A stretch of DNA of 58,295 nucleotides, the filler included, from Sphacelaria rigidula (lineage: Eukaryota): NCBI GenBank assembly GCA_964200075.2. It is 3 parts of 3 records of this genome, joined end to end, with 100 filler letters (N's around TTAATTAATTAA, not from the genome) between each part and the next. Parts side by side here need not be neighbours in the genome. Positions count along the whole stretch, not along the records: positions 38,936 to 58,295 come from CAXNAA020000681.1; 2 more parts are not named here. The stretch is one strand, 5' to 3'. Of this stretch, positions 45,001-58,295 are shown piece by piece. Under the pieces are notes generated by a model that ran no database searches, was not told the DNA's origin, and worked only from the letters and a program-made list of their open reading frames with translations. Positions within the stretch are counted from its first letter, which is position 1. Each line of letters starts with the position of its first letter. The translations under genes and the position numbers were made by a program.

Positions 45001-48000
45001 CCGCCCAGCTTTCTTTCACGGTGTAACACGATGTAAAAGCTCCAAGAAGGCACTTTTCCAGATTTTTATTTTGTCTGCCATAAGGAGCACCCACAGGCGG
45101 GGCTTTTTCGTATTATTTTCTCGATCGTAAAAAATGCGACGGAAAGAAAAAAAACGATCTTCACGTCGCCATTCCAACATAAGTGACGTGGACATAAATG
45201 ACGACCTTCCCGTACTATCGGATCGAATTTCTTATTTCCGCCCCATTTTCAAAGTCAAATTCGTTCGGTAAGAGACCCTCTCATGTTCGGTTACTGCACA
45301 TCGGCGAAACCACCAAATGACGTCCTTTACTCACAAGCGGCTGCACGCATCACCAGCACACATAAGTCAATCTCTTGGGTGATCTGATCATTTCGATTAT
45401 CACAGTTCACTCAACAACAGTAACCATCCTTTCTTTGGTTCTGGCAATGCACTCAACCCGGGGACCCGGTTCAAGTTAATCTGTCTGTTTCCTCGTTCGG
45501 CATCTGCACCACTTGAATTGATAAAACCCCTCCACCTCACCGCCGAAATTCGGGCGCATGAGAATACGCGAGGTGTAGTGCAGTTGTTCAGCTCCATCAT
45601 GAAGTAACCGCCCATCAGTTCGGGACGTTCGATAAAAGTAAGGGTAGAAAACACTCGCAGCAAAAACTTGATCGATGAGTGCGGATGCGTCATCATTGCG
45701 CTGCTGCTGGAGCGACCCTGGGGCTCTTCATCCCCCAGGGGCAAAACAAACAACAACGTTCCGTGATGAGATATGACGACGCTGCGCAACACCAGAGTCA
45801 CGCGGAAGGATGTACGTTTCCAACCCTAGTACGTACTCCAACTCAGTCTCCGTGAAAAGGAACGACAGAAAGTCACGAGTCTGTGGTGGATGCGTAGGCG
45901 GCGCAACTTCGGAGTGGTGGGACGACGGGTCGGGCTGTTTATAATCCGAGTTGTCTTTCATCTCTCCCACGGGGATAACCGAGGAGTCATGAAGGGGAAT
46001 CCAATTAGCATCGTCATTCCCGTCACATTTCTCCCCTCACAAACCGAAAACCAGATACGAGAACACAGTATCATCACACGCACGCGAGAACAATGAAAAA
46101 CATCTCCGGTGAAATATGAATGTGTATATCCATCTCACCATCAACCAACATACATCCTACATCTATTCGGACGTCCCGAAACAACACTGGCGTGATGATG
46201 CGCGGATAGAACATGGCCAGGATAAATAGGCATATATGGTCTCCCGTTGCCCCTACACATTTGCCAGCAAAAAGCAGAGCAGCGATGTCCCTCCTCGCTG
46301 TTATAGTCCAAGCCAAGTCTGGGTCTCATAGACGTATGCTGCGCTGCACGACTTCATTTTACAGTAACTACGCGGAGCATGCATATACCATCGTCGGGAA
46401 CATGGCTGATGCGCATTGACGATCCGTTCAAAACTTACCCGAAAAACGTGTGAGAAGATAGTTTCGAAAAGGAGATACCCTCCATTGGTACAAGGGCTAC
46501 TGAACAGCTCATTATCACGATAAAATGGAGAAAAAAATGATCATTTCATGTGCTCGCTTGCATTTAGCCCAAACACCTCCCCAAACCGTCAAGTCGTGAT
46601 CCGCACCAACCGAATGGCCTCGACACTACAAACTTGCCTCCACATCCGCTGCGACCAACTCCAACAGCATACTCGCGGTGAAAAGGACTTGCAGGAACTC
46701 ACCTCGGGCGGCGAATACTGCCCAACGACCGTCCGCGCCTCATCGTCGGACCTGGTGGATAATGACGATGTAGCCTGCGGAGGCAGCTGTTCCTCATCGA
46801 CATCAGGGTTGGGCTCATGACGCAGCGCTTGCTGCTGTTGCTGTTCCTCCCGCTGCTGTTCCTGCGCAGCAGATTCGCGACCAGGTTGTTGTTGCTGTTG
46901 CTCTGCCGGCTGTTGCTGACCCGCGGGGGTGGCGGTGGCGGTAGCGGTGTTCGCTGCTTGGCGCTTCCGTTGGAACTCCTCGTCTCTTGCCTTGCGCCTT
47001 GCTTCCTCTTCCTGCTCGTGCAGCTCCACACCCTCCTGTTGAATAATGGTCGATGTTATTTTGACTTGAGTTTTTTCGGGTTGTGGAGTGCCTTCGTCTA
47101 TAAAAGGTATACTGCTTTTTTGTTCATATCCAAAAAGTATGATTTTGCGCCAAAAATGTGGAGTTGAGAAAAAGATCCACAAACATCGCATGAGATCAGC
47201 AAGACGAAGAGAACTTCGTCGCTAGTAGATTATGCCCGCCGGTGAATGGGCAGATTCGGAACTGGCCATAGGCAGTTACACGAATTAGAAGGTGAGACAC
47301 AGAGAGAGAGAGGGTGGAAAACAACACAATTGGTACATACCTCTCGAGACAACGTCACCGAAGGGCACATGGCGTACGGTACAACAGCGGGAATTTCTCT
47401 TCACCTGGGTCCAACACTTGTCCGTCTCTTCTTGTTTCTCGTGACTTTGATACTTCATGACGGTGGATTTCATCACGGGCTTCATCTAGACACGAAGATG
47501 GACACAGACACAATTCAAAAGTCTCTTGTTGCTGACTCGCAACCCTCACCATGCGGCGAGCCATAGAATCCATCTGTTCCTGGAACTTATCCGCCGCTTC
47601 GGCCATCGCATGTAGGTCCATGCCTGTGTCGCAGTCGATTGAAAAAACAGCATACACAAACAGCAGCGCATGAAGCAACCGTAGAAGTAAAACGGGTGAA
47701 AAAAACACACCACACCACACTCCACTCCATGACATACATGATGTGCCGCCGCGCCCCATTGATCGGACCGCTACACGAACACACAAGAGTGTGAAGACAT
47801 CGTGTGTGCTCGAATCTCTCAACAGACAAGGTGCATTTTCCTGTTTTTTTCGTCCCTCATACTCGACAACGACAGTCTCGGAAAAAAATCACGACAATCG
47901 GCCACAGGAGTGCTTATGCTATGCTCGATAATGAGCAGCACGGTCGGTACTCGCTAAATCTTCGGGTGTATTATATACAACTAGCACAGAAGATATGAAG

Positions 48001-51000
48001 ATATTCCTCAGGTTTTGTACATACGCCACAAAAACGCCCAATCCTCGCGCGTCTTACCCCCGAGGACTTATTTGTTACCTTGGAGACCCCCACCATGGTC
48101 GACAGCAGCGGCTCCGTCCGTCGGCAAGTCGTCCCATAGGTCGTCTTCATTTTCTTGCCTTCAACAAACACAGCAATGAAGGAGGAAAAAAAATACGAGC
48201 GCGCAAACAAGAATAGGAAAGGGCAAAGCCATACATACGTATGCAAAAATAAAGTCATCATGCCATTCATTTCTTCGCAAAAGTAAAAAGAAAGCAAAAT
48301 CGAAAGTCGATATCAGGAATCAAGATATGCAAGGATGGGAGTAAGCATACCTCAGTATCCACGGAGAAATACCAAGCGCACTGGAAACGGAAACATTCCA
48401 TCACATACAATGGGGTCCCATAAAATGGAAAATACATCGCGAAAAAAGAATTGAAACAACTGAACACAGAGGTGCACATGCGAACACCAACTCCCTCGAC
48501 CCTTGAGTCGCCAATAGTTTTACACATGCTGTACGGAACTTTGTCAAACACAACGTATTACTTTACTGGCGAGCAAGAAATCGCCCAAGTTGGCAGCGCA
48601 GACACATGTTTGCTGATCACACACAGGGAAAGCTCAACCCTTGCCCAATCTTTCACGAAGTAATATTTGGTAGTTAGAGACTAGACAACTCCGATGACTG
48701 TTGAAATGTAACAGTCTGCACACTGTAATATACACATACCCCTTTTGACGACGCGTGAGGGATTTACAAAGTCCGTGACAGATGACATGAGGACGAATTA
48801 TTTAAAAGAGCGACGACCCTCAAGTTACGTGACATCTCTAGTTGTCAGCAGACGTGCGGTACAGTTTTCCCAATATGGTGATTTATGCTTAGTTTCCGCG
48901 TTTAGATTCACTTTCGAACACGTATATTTAGATAGATAGAGAAAAGGGCTGAGAGGATGGACACGAGGATGGACGCACTCGTAGGTTGACTTCCAATACC
49001 AATCCTGCACGAGGCAGGCGGGAACTTTGGCGGTACAATTTATTTTGATTCAAACACAACACATGCACAGAGACTAAGGATTCCTGCACAACCAACAAGC
49101 ACGTAGGGCACCCATCAACGCAGCAAGGTGAAATTTCCAGCTACAAGGCATAATCCTTACATCCGCCACAATCACGACACTCCACGCACATATCGCCGCC
49201 ACACCCGAGATCAAATGGCCACACAACTAGCACGCCTGCAAAAATCATACTCCATTATATTTTGAATGACAAACGCGAAGGGAAGAGGGCGGGTAGGGGG
49301 AGGGGAAGATTTGACCTACTTCTTGCACAGAGGAGTCACTTCAACGTATATTTTCTAGCGGCAGATTTTAATCCTATGCTCTCGGAGAGCTTCAACCATA
49401 TAATATACATGAAATCTCACAACCCGTGCTTCATCCAGCGAAATTTCCCCCCTCCCTCCCCCGCCAGCCGTGCATCTAATATCATTCCCCTGCCCACCTA
49501 CAGTACGTACAACACGCTCTCACCTGATCGCGCTGATGCGTTCGCCGACCCAGCGGCCGCCGGCCCCGCCCCCGCCGCCACCACCACCACCGCCCCCTGC
49601 TTGCGAGCCATCCTCACCCCCCAAAGACCAACGAGGGCGTCGTGATCTTGCCGCGCCACGTTCGGTTGCCGCTGCCCAAAGCTGCGACGCAGCACACACG
49701 GCAGCGAACGCGTGGGACTTGAGCAAACGCCCTGTATACTCATAGCATGATACCAGACGAAACTATTTCGGCCCACCCACGACGAGGTGAAGAAAAGAAA
49801 AGCAACATCTCTCTTCCAAGGGAACAATAACGTGCACGATGACTCTTCTTTCGGAACAGTAACGCTTTCGGCAAATTGCACGTACAATGCAATTCGTGGT
49901 CTTCACCCCGATGGACATTTCTTGATATAAACAAACAGGTGCTCCTTTATGTACCATATTCCCAGTGGATGATTCAGGGTGAATCTCAGGCATTCAGAGC
50001 CTAAGGGTGTAAAAAAAAAAACAAGAGCGTGACAAATAACATTCGCTTCACCTGTTACCATTCTCGCGTGAATTGCCGTCCACCACTCAACAGTAGTCAC
50101 ACTTTTCTCGGAACCAAATGTCGACATGGGGGGGAGAGGGGGGGAGAGGGGGGGGGGGAAGTCGCACCAACGGTGCGAAGCACCTTTTGACCGCCCAGGG
50201 ATGGTACATTTCTTGAACATTAATAATCTTCACTCGTGAGAATACGGGTAAAACCTACTAATAGGTGACTCATCGTAAGGATCAAAGGCTCCATCCCTCG
50301 GATTGCTCATGGCTTCCGATAAACAGACCTACACGCACTGAACATTATCGACCAAATCAATCGAGGCAACGGGGGGAACGAACACATTTATTTTTCGACA
50401 ATACAAAAGCACATGTTAACCTTGTTGATCTCCTCTTGGTTGGGCGGCACGGCTGTGACCGGCTCCAGTGGTTCTTCCGACACGATGACCGAAATATCAG
50501 AGCCCAGGATGGGCATACTGCGCAAGGGGCGGGTCGGCGCCTTCCTGAGTGCCAGAAGCTCCTCTGGGGTGAAGCGCTGTCCGTCACAGCCAAGGACGCA
50601 TTACGGAGGGGGGAGGAATTTTGCAAGTTGGTTACAGGTGACATTACGTGCCGTCGAGGTGCAGCGATGAACAGCCTAGATAGGAAATTTCCAGCACGTT
50701 TCACGTACAGGTTGCTATGTGCGCAAGAGTGTCCCTGCTTTGTAACTCCTGGACCACAATCGAAAAATAAATGAAAAGAGTATCTCTCCACCCCAAATGT
50801 CAAAACCCACGGGTAAAAATAATCAAAGCCTTCTCCATCACAACACTTCCGACGAAACTCACCCTCCGCGGCTTGTCGGGCGTAACAGTAACGGCTGCAC
50901 TAGACGGTGTCCTCGACTCCCGCTCCCATCTCCCTGACCCTCCCAGCCCCAGTCCGCCACCGCCATCAGCCGCGGGCGCTGGGGGCGGGGGGCCGGCGGC

Positions 51001-54000
51001 GATCCGCACGCCCCCCACGGTTTCTGCGGCCGTGCCCCCCCCAGTCCCACCGCTTCCGTCCCTCGGTGCGAAGCCAGCGTTGACACGGCCCATCCCCGTC
51101 GAGGCGCTGGCTAGTGCCTCAAGGCCTCCTCTTGCCTGAATGTGAGGAGAACAGGCAAAGAAAAATATCTTGTTTTTACATACGTGAATGATCATGGGTT
51201 TCCAGTTGATCGACATCCCATTGTGCATCCTAGACATCGCAGCGAGGACGGGGGGGGTAATAGTACTGGTCGACTGCTTTTAGCTTTCATGCTGCTGCTC
51301 AGTAGCCTCGTTCTCGTTCATCTGTATAGCGGTCTGCCATGTTGCTCATGATACGATTTCACAACAGATTTCCAAGAATTGAAGCTGCCACCAGTGTTTG
51401 TTTTGCACGGAAACATAGGGGAGATCATTCATTATTCAGAGGAAAACGGGGCGATAACACTATATAGGCAATTTTTTGTCAAACACAGACTGTATCGTGC
51501 CTTCACCAAACCTTCGCCCCTGCCTCTTGCACGAAACGCTGTTTCGCTTCACTAAATTCTCACCTAACGCTCATCCCATGGGGGGGGGGGGAGATAGGAC
51601 ACTTGATTTTCAAGTATGGGCACGAGTTCTTCGACCCCTTTACTGTCATGGGTTAGTTGTTGAATCCTGATCATTCCCGCTCGAAAATACGTTGAAGTAT
51701 ACCAAGACTTAGACGACACAGCTCCTGGCGGTCAAGGGTGTAAGAGGTTTCAAAGGCCAGTTGGCCGTAAGGCTGGGGAACAGATGAAGGAAACAGCTGA
51801 ACTACTTCAGTGCGAGATAATCCATGTAGTCGCACATCAATCACGAGAAATCAACCTTGAAAACAACTGCTCAGGCATAACGCTGTTACACGAGTCCGAT
51901 ATGTTGACTTGGGAATACTGGATAACAAGCGTGTTGCCGTTACGAGTTCCGCTCGCACGTCGGTGGGAACCCTCAAGTCATATCGCAGCGTCCGCGTCAC
52001 GTGGTAATTACAGCCAGCCGGCGCAACTGTTTCAACACGCGGTTTCGCGACCACAGGGTACGGGGGAAGGAATTTCAAACACAAAGCATGGCCCATCTAC
52101 ACCACTTAACCCTTTGATCACGAGGGTAGGTTACTTGATGAATCGGCATCAATCTCACTTGAAAATTATGCGGGTGCCGGATGGACTACCCGCAACGCGG
52201 TTTAAGGGTTAACTTATCATCAGCTGTTAGAGAGGGAGGAGGGGGTAGCATCGGATAAAGCAAAGTGACGAATATCAGCCAGGCTTCGAGGCTCTACGAG
52301 ACTTTGTTGGACCACACATGCTCTCATATTCATGTTGTGCTGGATCTGACTGGTACCCATTTCGTCATTGACTAGTGACTGCAAGTGTGAAGAGGTGATG
52401 AAACACATACTTGCCAATCGTACCGCTCCGTCGCGACAGGAACGATCGATCGAAGTGAACATGTCACACCGACTTATGGACACAATCCGTTAGGTGGACG
52501 AAGTATTTGTGCACAACCGCTGTGCAGGTGCGGCACACGGTCTTTGAGGCAATTTCAAATGTCATTCGACTTCGCTGTTTTCCTTCTCACCACATTAGTT
52601 CAATCTTCCGTACTCGCGATCCGTACCAATCTCCTGACCAGTAGGCATCCTTGCTTTGAGTTCCACAACCCAGTCTCAACACGTGCACCAACTATGGGTC
52701 TGAGGTCCGACTGACGACGTCTGGCAGCGCAACGACCAGAATTCCAACAACCCCTTTCCCCCACCATTTGTTTTCTACAAGTTTGAGCTCGGATGAGAAA
52801 TTGTATGCGCTGCAAGTTCAAATTTGTATTCCCTCGCGCGTTAGTGGTCCAAGTGTTGCGTCGTAAGTTACGGTGAGGATGGGAAAGATGATTAGGTTCT
52901 CGGGTATGTGTATGTACCGTGGACCGCGAGGGTAGTCCATGTGCATCATACACACTATTTTCAAGTGGAGATTGATTGTCGACTCAACATACACCTGCTC
53001 TCGCCGTCCAAGGGCTGGCCCACTCCACGATACCAGAAATGCCACGCACGTGTCAGGGGAGCTATCGGAATAATCCCTAGAGGACATAGACTCTTCCCGA
53101 GGAGGAGCAGAGGTTGAAATTCAAGCATGACTGGAAAAAGACGCCACCCTTCGCATGTATGCAAAAGTTCCTCCGAGCATTTTTCCAAGACTTTCCTGGC
53201 TCACTTCAATAATTGCTAATCCCGGTAACCCGGCAAAGCGTCACACAAGGCGTTTGAAACGATTGAACAAGAAGTGCTGGAATCTTCGTATAAATCACGT
53301 CTAATCTTCTTCAAGGAGGCACCGTCCGTCAGGCCCGTCCTTTTCGGTCAAGACTCGGTGCCAAAAAACGCCTCCCCCACCCCCCCTCCGCCCCTCCCCC
53401 AAAAGGCACACTTCGAAGTTTCTCCTTCTTCTCCGAAGGATGGCAAGCGGTGTGGACATGCGGCTCTGCAAGAGCCAAGCGTTGACGTTGTTCCGCACAA
53501 TCCTTCATGTAGTCAACTTGGAAGGTAGGTAACTGTATGTACTGTCCCTGGCGTTTCGACTGACGTACCGCGTGCCCGAAGACGGGTGGCGCCTTTCTCG
53601 GGGAGGGTGGTCCAGCCGCTGTCGGAGGTCCTCTGGCAGTGGTGCTTCTTCCGGTGCCACCGGGGGAGGCGACGGGTGGCGGGACAGTGGCGTCTGCCTG
53701 CTGTGACGAAAACGTTTCATTTGTTTGATTTACGCGAACGGCAAACAGGCAAACAGGCAAACAGGCAGACAGGCGGGCAAGGAGAGACAAAGAGAGCGAC
53801 AGAATTGCAATCGACGTGATGTGGTGGGAATAGGTCTCGGTGTAGGCGTGAACAACCGCGACTAGCTTCTGGTGGGCACTTGGTGGAATTTCTCGAGTTT
53901 TACTTATTTTCTAGAAAATTGCAACAGCTTAGGTTGATCCTTCACCAGGCGGGCGTTCTTTGCCTTCGTGATTCGAACACTCAAGTGAACCGTGGTCGGC

Positions 54001-54971
54001 CTCTCCTGCTCATCTCTCGATGCCACAAGCTCCTGCTTGGGCAGCACGTGTTCGTGAGGGGTAAACGTTCACACTGCAGTTCCCTGAGCGTTGCTTGTGC
54101 ATGTGTCAACGTCTGCCCATCTTGCTTCATGAGCTGTAGGAGGAACCCCCACCAAATAACACCTTCCGCAAAAAATTAGAGCGGCACCCAACTACATCTG
54201 CGCTCGCCATCTACAAAAAGTCTGCTTCCATTCAACAACTACGCCGCGCCGGTCAGCTGTGCAGCGAAAGCTGTGTGTGCTGGGTTATGTGTGTTGAAAC
54301 ATGAATGACCAAAACTCTTGTACTACAGTACTGGTGGCGCTAGGGCCAACTCTTACGGGGGTGTTTGAAATTATATTTTGCAACAGTTTCAGAGGAGTAT
54401 GTTTTTAAAACTCTTGTACTACAGTACTGCTGGCGCTAAGGCCAACTCTTAGGGGGGTGTTTGAAATTATATTTTGCAACAGTTTCAGACGAGTATGTTT
54501 TCTTCTTTGTCACCATGGTGAACGGGCACAAAATACACAACTACGGCAAAGAAGAAAAAAAAGCCGTTTGAAATTATTGCAAAATGAATTTGTAAACGCT
54601 CCCATAAGAGTAGGCCCAACACATCTAATGTATTGTTCCGTTTTCATTTTTTTTTGGCGGAAAAGTCGAAGGTGAGCCGATACAGATATTTCGGACACCA
54701 ACATTTACTGCTGCGGATAGTACGTTCAACACAAACAGTTGTTATGCAGTGCAACAGAAGTCAGGTGCTCTGTTACTCGAATAGTTCAGGCATGTGCAAT
54801 GAGCGTCTGAGCATCTTCTTCCGTTCTACTCCTCTCACTCACCCCGTCAACAGCAGAGTCTCCCTGGGGACGCTTAGGAGGCTTGAACATGCCTCCGCCT
54901 CGGCTCCAAGTAGGGCCCAAGCGAGGCATGTCCTCCTGCGGCAGTGACCTCTCCGTGCCGGGGTCGGCCAT
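39099..54971 (-). CDS. GIGYF-like (GYF-domain, polyQ) protein, at least 936 aa; exons 54971-54843, 53700-53569, 51135-50863, 50576-50421, 49681-49524, 48158-48094, 47623-47550, 47035-46703, 44291-44031, 43164-42877, 42354-42151, 41394-41332, 40524-39973, 39218-39099(?)
   Basis: All exons have canonical splice borders and compatible phases (0,0,0,0,2,1,0...). GYF domain: [36 protein letters not shown]. The N-terminal RFTPEELLAL...IVSEEPLEPVTAVPPNQEE resembles the GIGYF1/2 4EHP-binding region. The 3' end is uncertain because it abuts the gap at 38836-38935, and small exons may have been missed. Confidence 0.88.
52110..52208. mobile_element. 99-bp piggyBac-like MITE in a GIGYF intron
   Basis: TTAA at 52106-52109 and 52209-52212; CCCTT...AAGGG ends; internal GAATCGGCATCAATCTCACTTGAAAA is the reverse complement of the core of 29168-29265. 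Confidence 0.85.
54311..54617. repeat. ~96-bp tandem duplication overlapping the left end of a small TIR element
   Basis: 54311-54405 is near-identical to 54407-54501; GGGCCAACTCTTA...TTTTGCAA occurs inverted at ~54577-54617. Confidence 0.8.
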
Positions 54972-57648
54972 CGTTGTAACAGTCGCCCCAGCAGCGGCAA
55001 TCGCGATGGCAGCAGCAGCAGCAGCAAACCAACCTGTGTTTTGAACGGAGAAATACGTGAGCATTCATGTTTGGAAAGCGAGCAACACGAGAGGAGACGC
55101 TTCGATGACACGATATCGTTCGGGCGAAGAGTGCTTTCATGGATCATGACCGGAGTTTTATCAAACGGCATGAAAGAATGTTGTCGCTTACATAGCAAAG
55201 GGCACGGCGTGGAGACTACGACACTACACACCTGGAAGTGTCAGGAAGTACCCAGTATACTCGACGTTCGACACAGAGGAGAGAGAAAATATCGTGAGAC
55301 TTCGATAAGCGGGATTAAACGAAGCCCAACTGGGGAGTCCAACGTCATCGCGTAGGGCACCGGGCCGCATGACGACTTCTTGTATCTGCACTGCAATTGT
55401 ATCATCTGTGGTACTGCACGAAGGGTCTGGTGTGGACACATGTACTAGTGCTACCCAGAAGGACACCCTGGTACAACATGCCTTGGAGGGTGATGATGTA
55501 TGCGGGAAAAGCCGGGGAAGGGGCTGAAACACATGGGCACGATCTATTACATCATGCTGCCCTGCGGGCGACGCATGCAGCCTTCGTGCCACACGCACCT
55601 CTTCAAGTGCTCACTGTGCACAACATACAGCATACATTCGCGCAATATCCCGATCCCTTGGCAGTGATTATTTGGATAATACAGGCAGTCCACAAATTGG
55701 AAAAAAAAATGGCATGGCCATGATTATATGCTGAATGCAGGAGGAGACTTGCAACTTTGTCCCTCGACGACCCGGGGTGGACATCACAGGCATTGCTTTC
55801 CATCGCTGATTTCAATCTGACCTGGTGAGCAATGGGCACTACAGGACCGTACCAGGGAGCCCGATTCGCGAAACCAAGACCGGTGCACGACCCGGGAACC
55901 AGAAACACTCGCAACGAGGGCGGATTTGCGGCAGGTCTATGACGCCGTTGTTCCGCGAGATGTTGCGAGACACGCCCGTGTAATGGCACATTTCGGGCGT
56001 CACGTTAGAAGCTATGAAGAAAAAACACAGAAGAAGGAAAACACGACAACCTAATCCGTTGCTACCCAACGTATTACTAAACGGCAGCGGGCGTTATGTC
56101 ACACCAACATGGAGAAAGCTGCTCATCAAGATGATACTAGTCGTGCGGATGCAGCATGTACTGCGCTGTGCAGGGACCCACTGCATGCTCGAACCAACCG
56201 CTCGGGCATCCACTGCGTATGAAACTCGGTGTTCAGGGAACAGAGCAGGAAAACATATTTGGGGTGTTCCAGGTTCCCCCATGTATTATGCGCATTTTTT
56301 AGGTTACGCAGACACCTCAACCTCGTGCGCGTCTGTAGCAGGTAGAGGGGGTGACAAGGGCGTCTTCACTGCAATATAGTGCAGTACGTGGGCGTCAATC
56401 GAGGGGCATAGAGAGGTGATGTGCACAGGCCGACAACGTATCGAGGCAGGACAGCCGACATAATGACACCGCACTCTGCGCCACTAGAAAAGAAAACGCG
56501 AAAGGAAACATGTCCCTTGATCGGCGAATATCCATGTATTCGCGTGAGAAAGAAGGGGGAATAGCCAGCGATACAATGCACTAAGGGTCAGGCTGAATAC
56601 AGCTAGCTTCTTGCATGATGGGGGCTCATGCCCAATGCCCTTGTGTACGTGCGCATGCCTGCATCTGTCGACCTGCCTGCACGTTCTTCTTGGCTGCCAA
56701 CAAACGCTCATTTTTCCATCATGTCTCGCCAGTAAAAAAAAAAGTTTGGGCCTTGACAGATGGCAATTGAAGAACGAAAGGGGTAGAGAAAAGAGAGTCG
56801 TTTGTGATTCCCGACCATGAAAAGGGAACATGGAGGAGGATTAAATCAGAAATGGAAAGTAGTAGTTGCATAGCAAGCATGCACACATCGGGAACAAGCT
56901 GCATATTGAGCATAATATCCACCAGTGTGTGACACAGGGTGACATTCATCTCCACCCATGCCTCATCTGCTGCTCTCTTCACCTCACCTCAACGAGAGCT
57001 GTGGAGGAGCTTCCTCCAAGTGCAGCCTCTAACTTTTCCAAAACGGTTTTTAGGTTCTTTCTTTACTATCCACCCACGCGTTCGACCTAGAGCAGCCGGA
57101 GCGGAGGAAATCGTTTCCACCCACGGGACAGAGCCTGCACTTTCACTGACCGTCTGCTGTTTTTCGATGCAATAAGGCGTACCAGATCCTTTTTTCCTGG
57201 CGATGATGCAAGTGAACTCAGCTGCTGATGACTATTTTGCTCCGTCATTTCCCATCGGTGTGCCTTTTTCGGAATTGTTCCACATTCGTTCAGTGACGTA
57301 CAATGAGTTGCCGCTGTCCCAATAGATCTTCCCGATGCATTATTCTCTCACGGAAAAACAAATATCGAGTATTCTCAATCCCGACAAGCACGAGACAGTC
57401 ATGCTACTTGTATGGTTCTAGTTTCACAAGAAATAATTCGCTTGCTTTCTCTTCAACTCCTGTCTCTTGGTTCCATCGGCGGTACTCAACACACAGCACA
57501 TGTATGATGTTCTTCAAAATGTTACCTGGACCACTGATCATTTTCCAAAACTGTGTCCGCCGCAGCGTGGCTCGAATCTGGTGACAACCATGCCCACTTC
57601 CTCTCCCTTTTTGCATTTCTTTGTCGTGGTGTTGACAAGTACAGTACT

Positions 57649-57924
57649 ATGACAGACCGCACGGATGAATTTCGTGGCGCGGTGAAGGTCTTCAGGCCGA
57701 CGGTCTTGCCCCAAAAAATAGATAATGCAGGAACACGAGGAGTCGCTCCGCACCATTTTGATCAACAGCAGCAACAGCCACCACAGCAACTTGCATTTTT
57801 CGACGAAGATGGTGATGGTAAGGATGAGGCTGGAGCGCTGCCGCGATATGCAAAACCTGAGGCATCTGATTTTTTGCAGATGGCTGCCAGCGTGGCTGTC
57901 GGTTTCGAGGGAACAGCGAAACTT
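57649..57924 (+). CDS. STX5: Syntaxin-5 / Sed5-like Qa-SNARE, first coding exon (92 codons)
   Basis: N-peptide MTDRTDEFR (RDRTxEF-type Sly1-binding motif) and SDFLQMAASV...TAKL resembling the start of the Habc region; ends at a GTGAGT donor. The SNARE domain is outside the window. Confidence 0.72.
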
Positions 57925-58295
57925 GTGAGTTATTTATATACCCAGATTGCTGCAGTAGAAGTAGTCAAGAATACAGACAACACAGTGACCAGTATTATAA
58001 TTAACAGTTAACCCCTTGACCGCGGGGTGTTTTGATATCTTTGCGACGGGAGCAGTCGTTGTCGGTACGAGTAGTCGATATACGAAGTGGTGCAGTGCTA
58101 TCCATGGTCGAAGGGATAGGACTTTTTTCCCTTAGCCCGACAATATTCTGGACGGCGAAAAATGCAGCGAGAAAATAGAAGACCCGCTGTGATAGATCAA
58201 CGTCATATCTATCATTATTTTCTGCAACTTAACCCTTCGACGACGAGCGTCGCCTCGGAACAGTTGTACAGGCGGACAGTCCCGAGACATCCAGG

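Noticed and set aside
45660-45760. Possible extra GIGYF exon (GC-rich, CAG repeats)
   Set aside because: No convincing acceptor/donor pair, and the flanking exons already join in phase 0.

Overview
Eukaryotic draft-assembly sequence. Long TE-filled GT-AG introns, GC-rich exons and a flagellar gene suggest a stramenopile, probably a brown alga (inference only). Three host genes were reconstructed by hand from splice sites: (1) the 5' four exons of a minus-strand DRC9/IQCG-like dynein regulatory complex gene (37687-19980), with a 14.8-kb first intron and no further exon found in 1-19979; (2) a minus-strand GIGYF-like gene of at least 14 coding exons (54971-39099) with a 4E-binding-type motif, polyQ tracts and a GYF domain; (3) the first exon of a plus-strand syntaxin-5/Sed5-like gene (57649-57924). 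Bases 1-37400 are a nested TE graveyard: an intron-containing BED-finger hAT transposase pseudogene, a decayed Ty1/copia element with both LTRs, tRNA-derived SINEs, hAT-, Tc1/mariner-, piggyBac- and Ginger-like MITEs, fold-back palindromes and a ~103-bp modular satellite. The most unusual structure is a 1.65-kb TIR-bounded element (33345-34997) carrying ~25 units of ~43 bp in which a palindrome (CAATATATATTG) and a half-site (ATATTG) are conserved while the intervening spacers are essentially unique. There are three assembly gaps (13357-13362, 19371-19470, 38836-38935).
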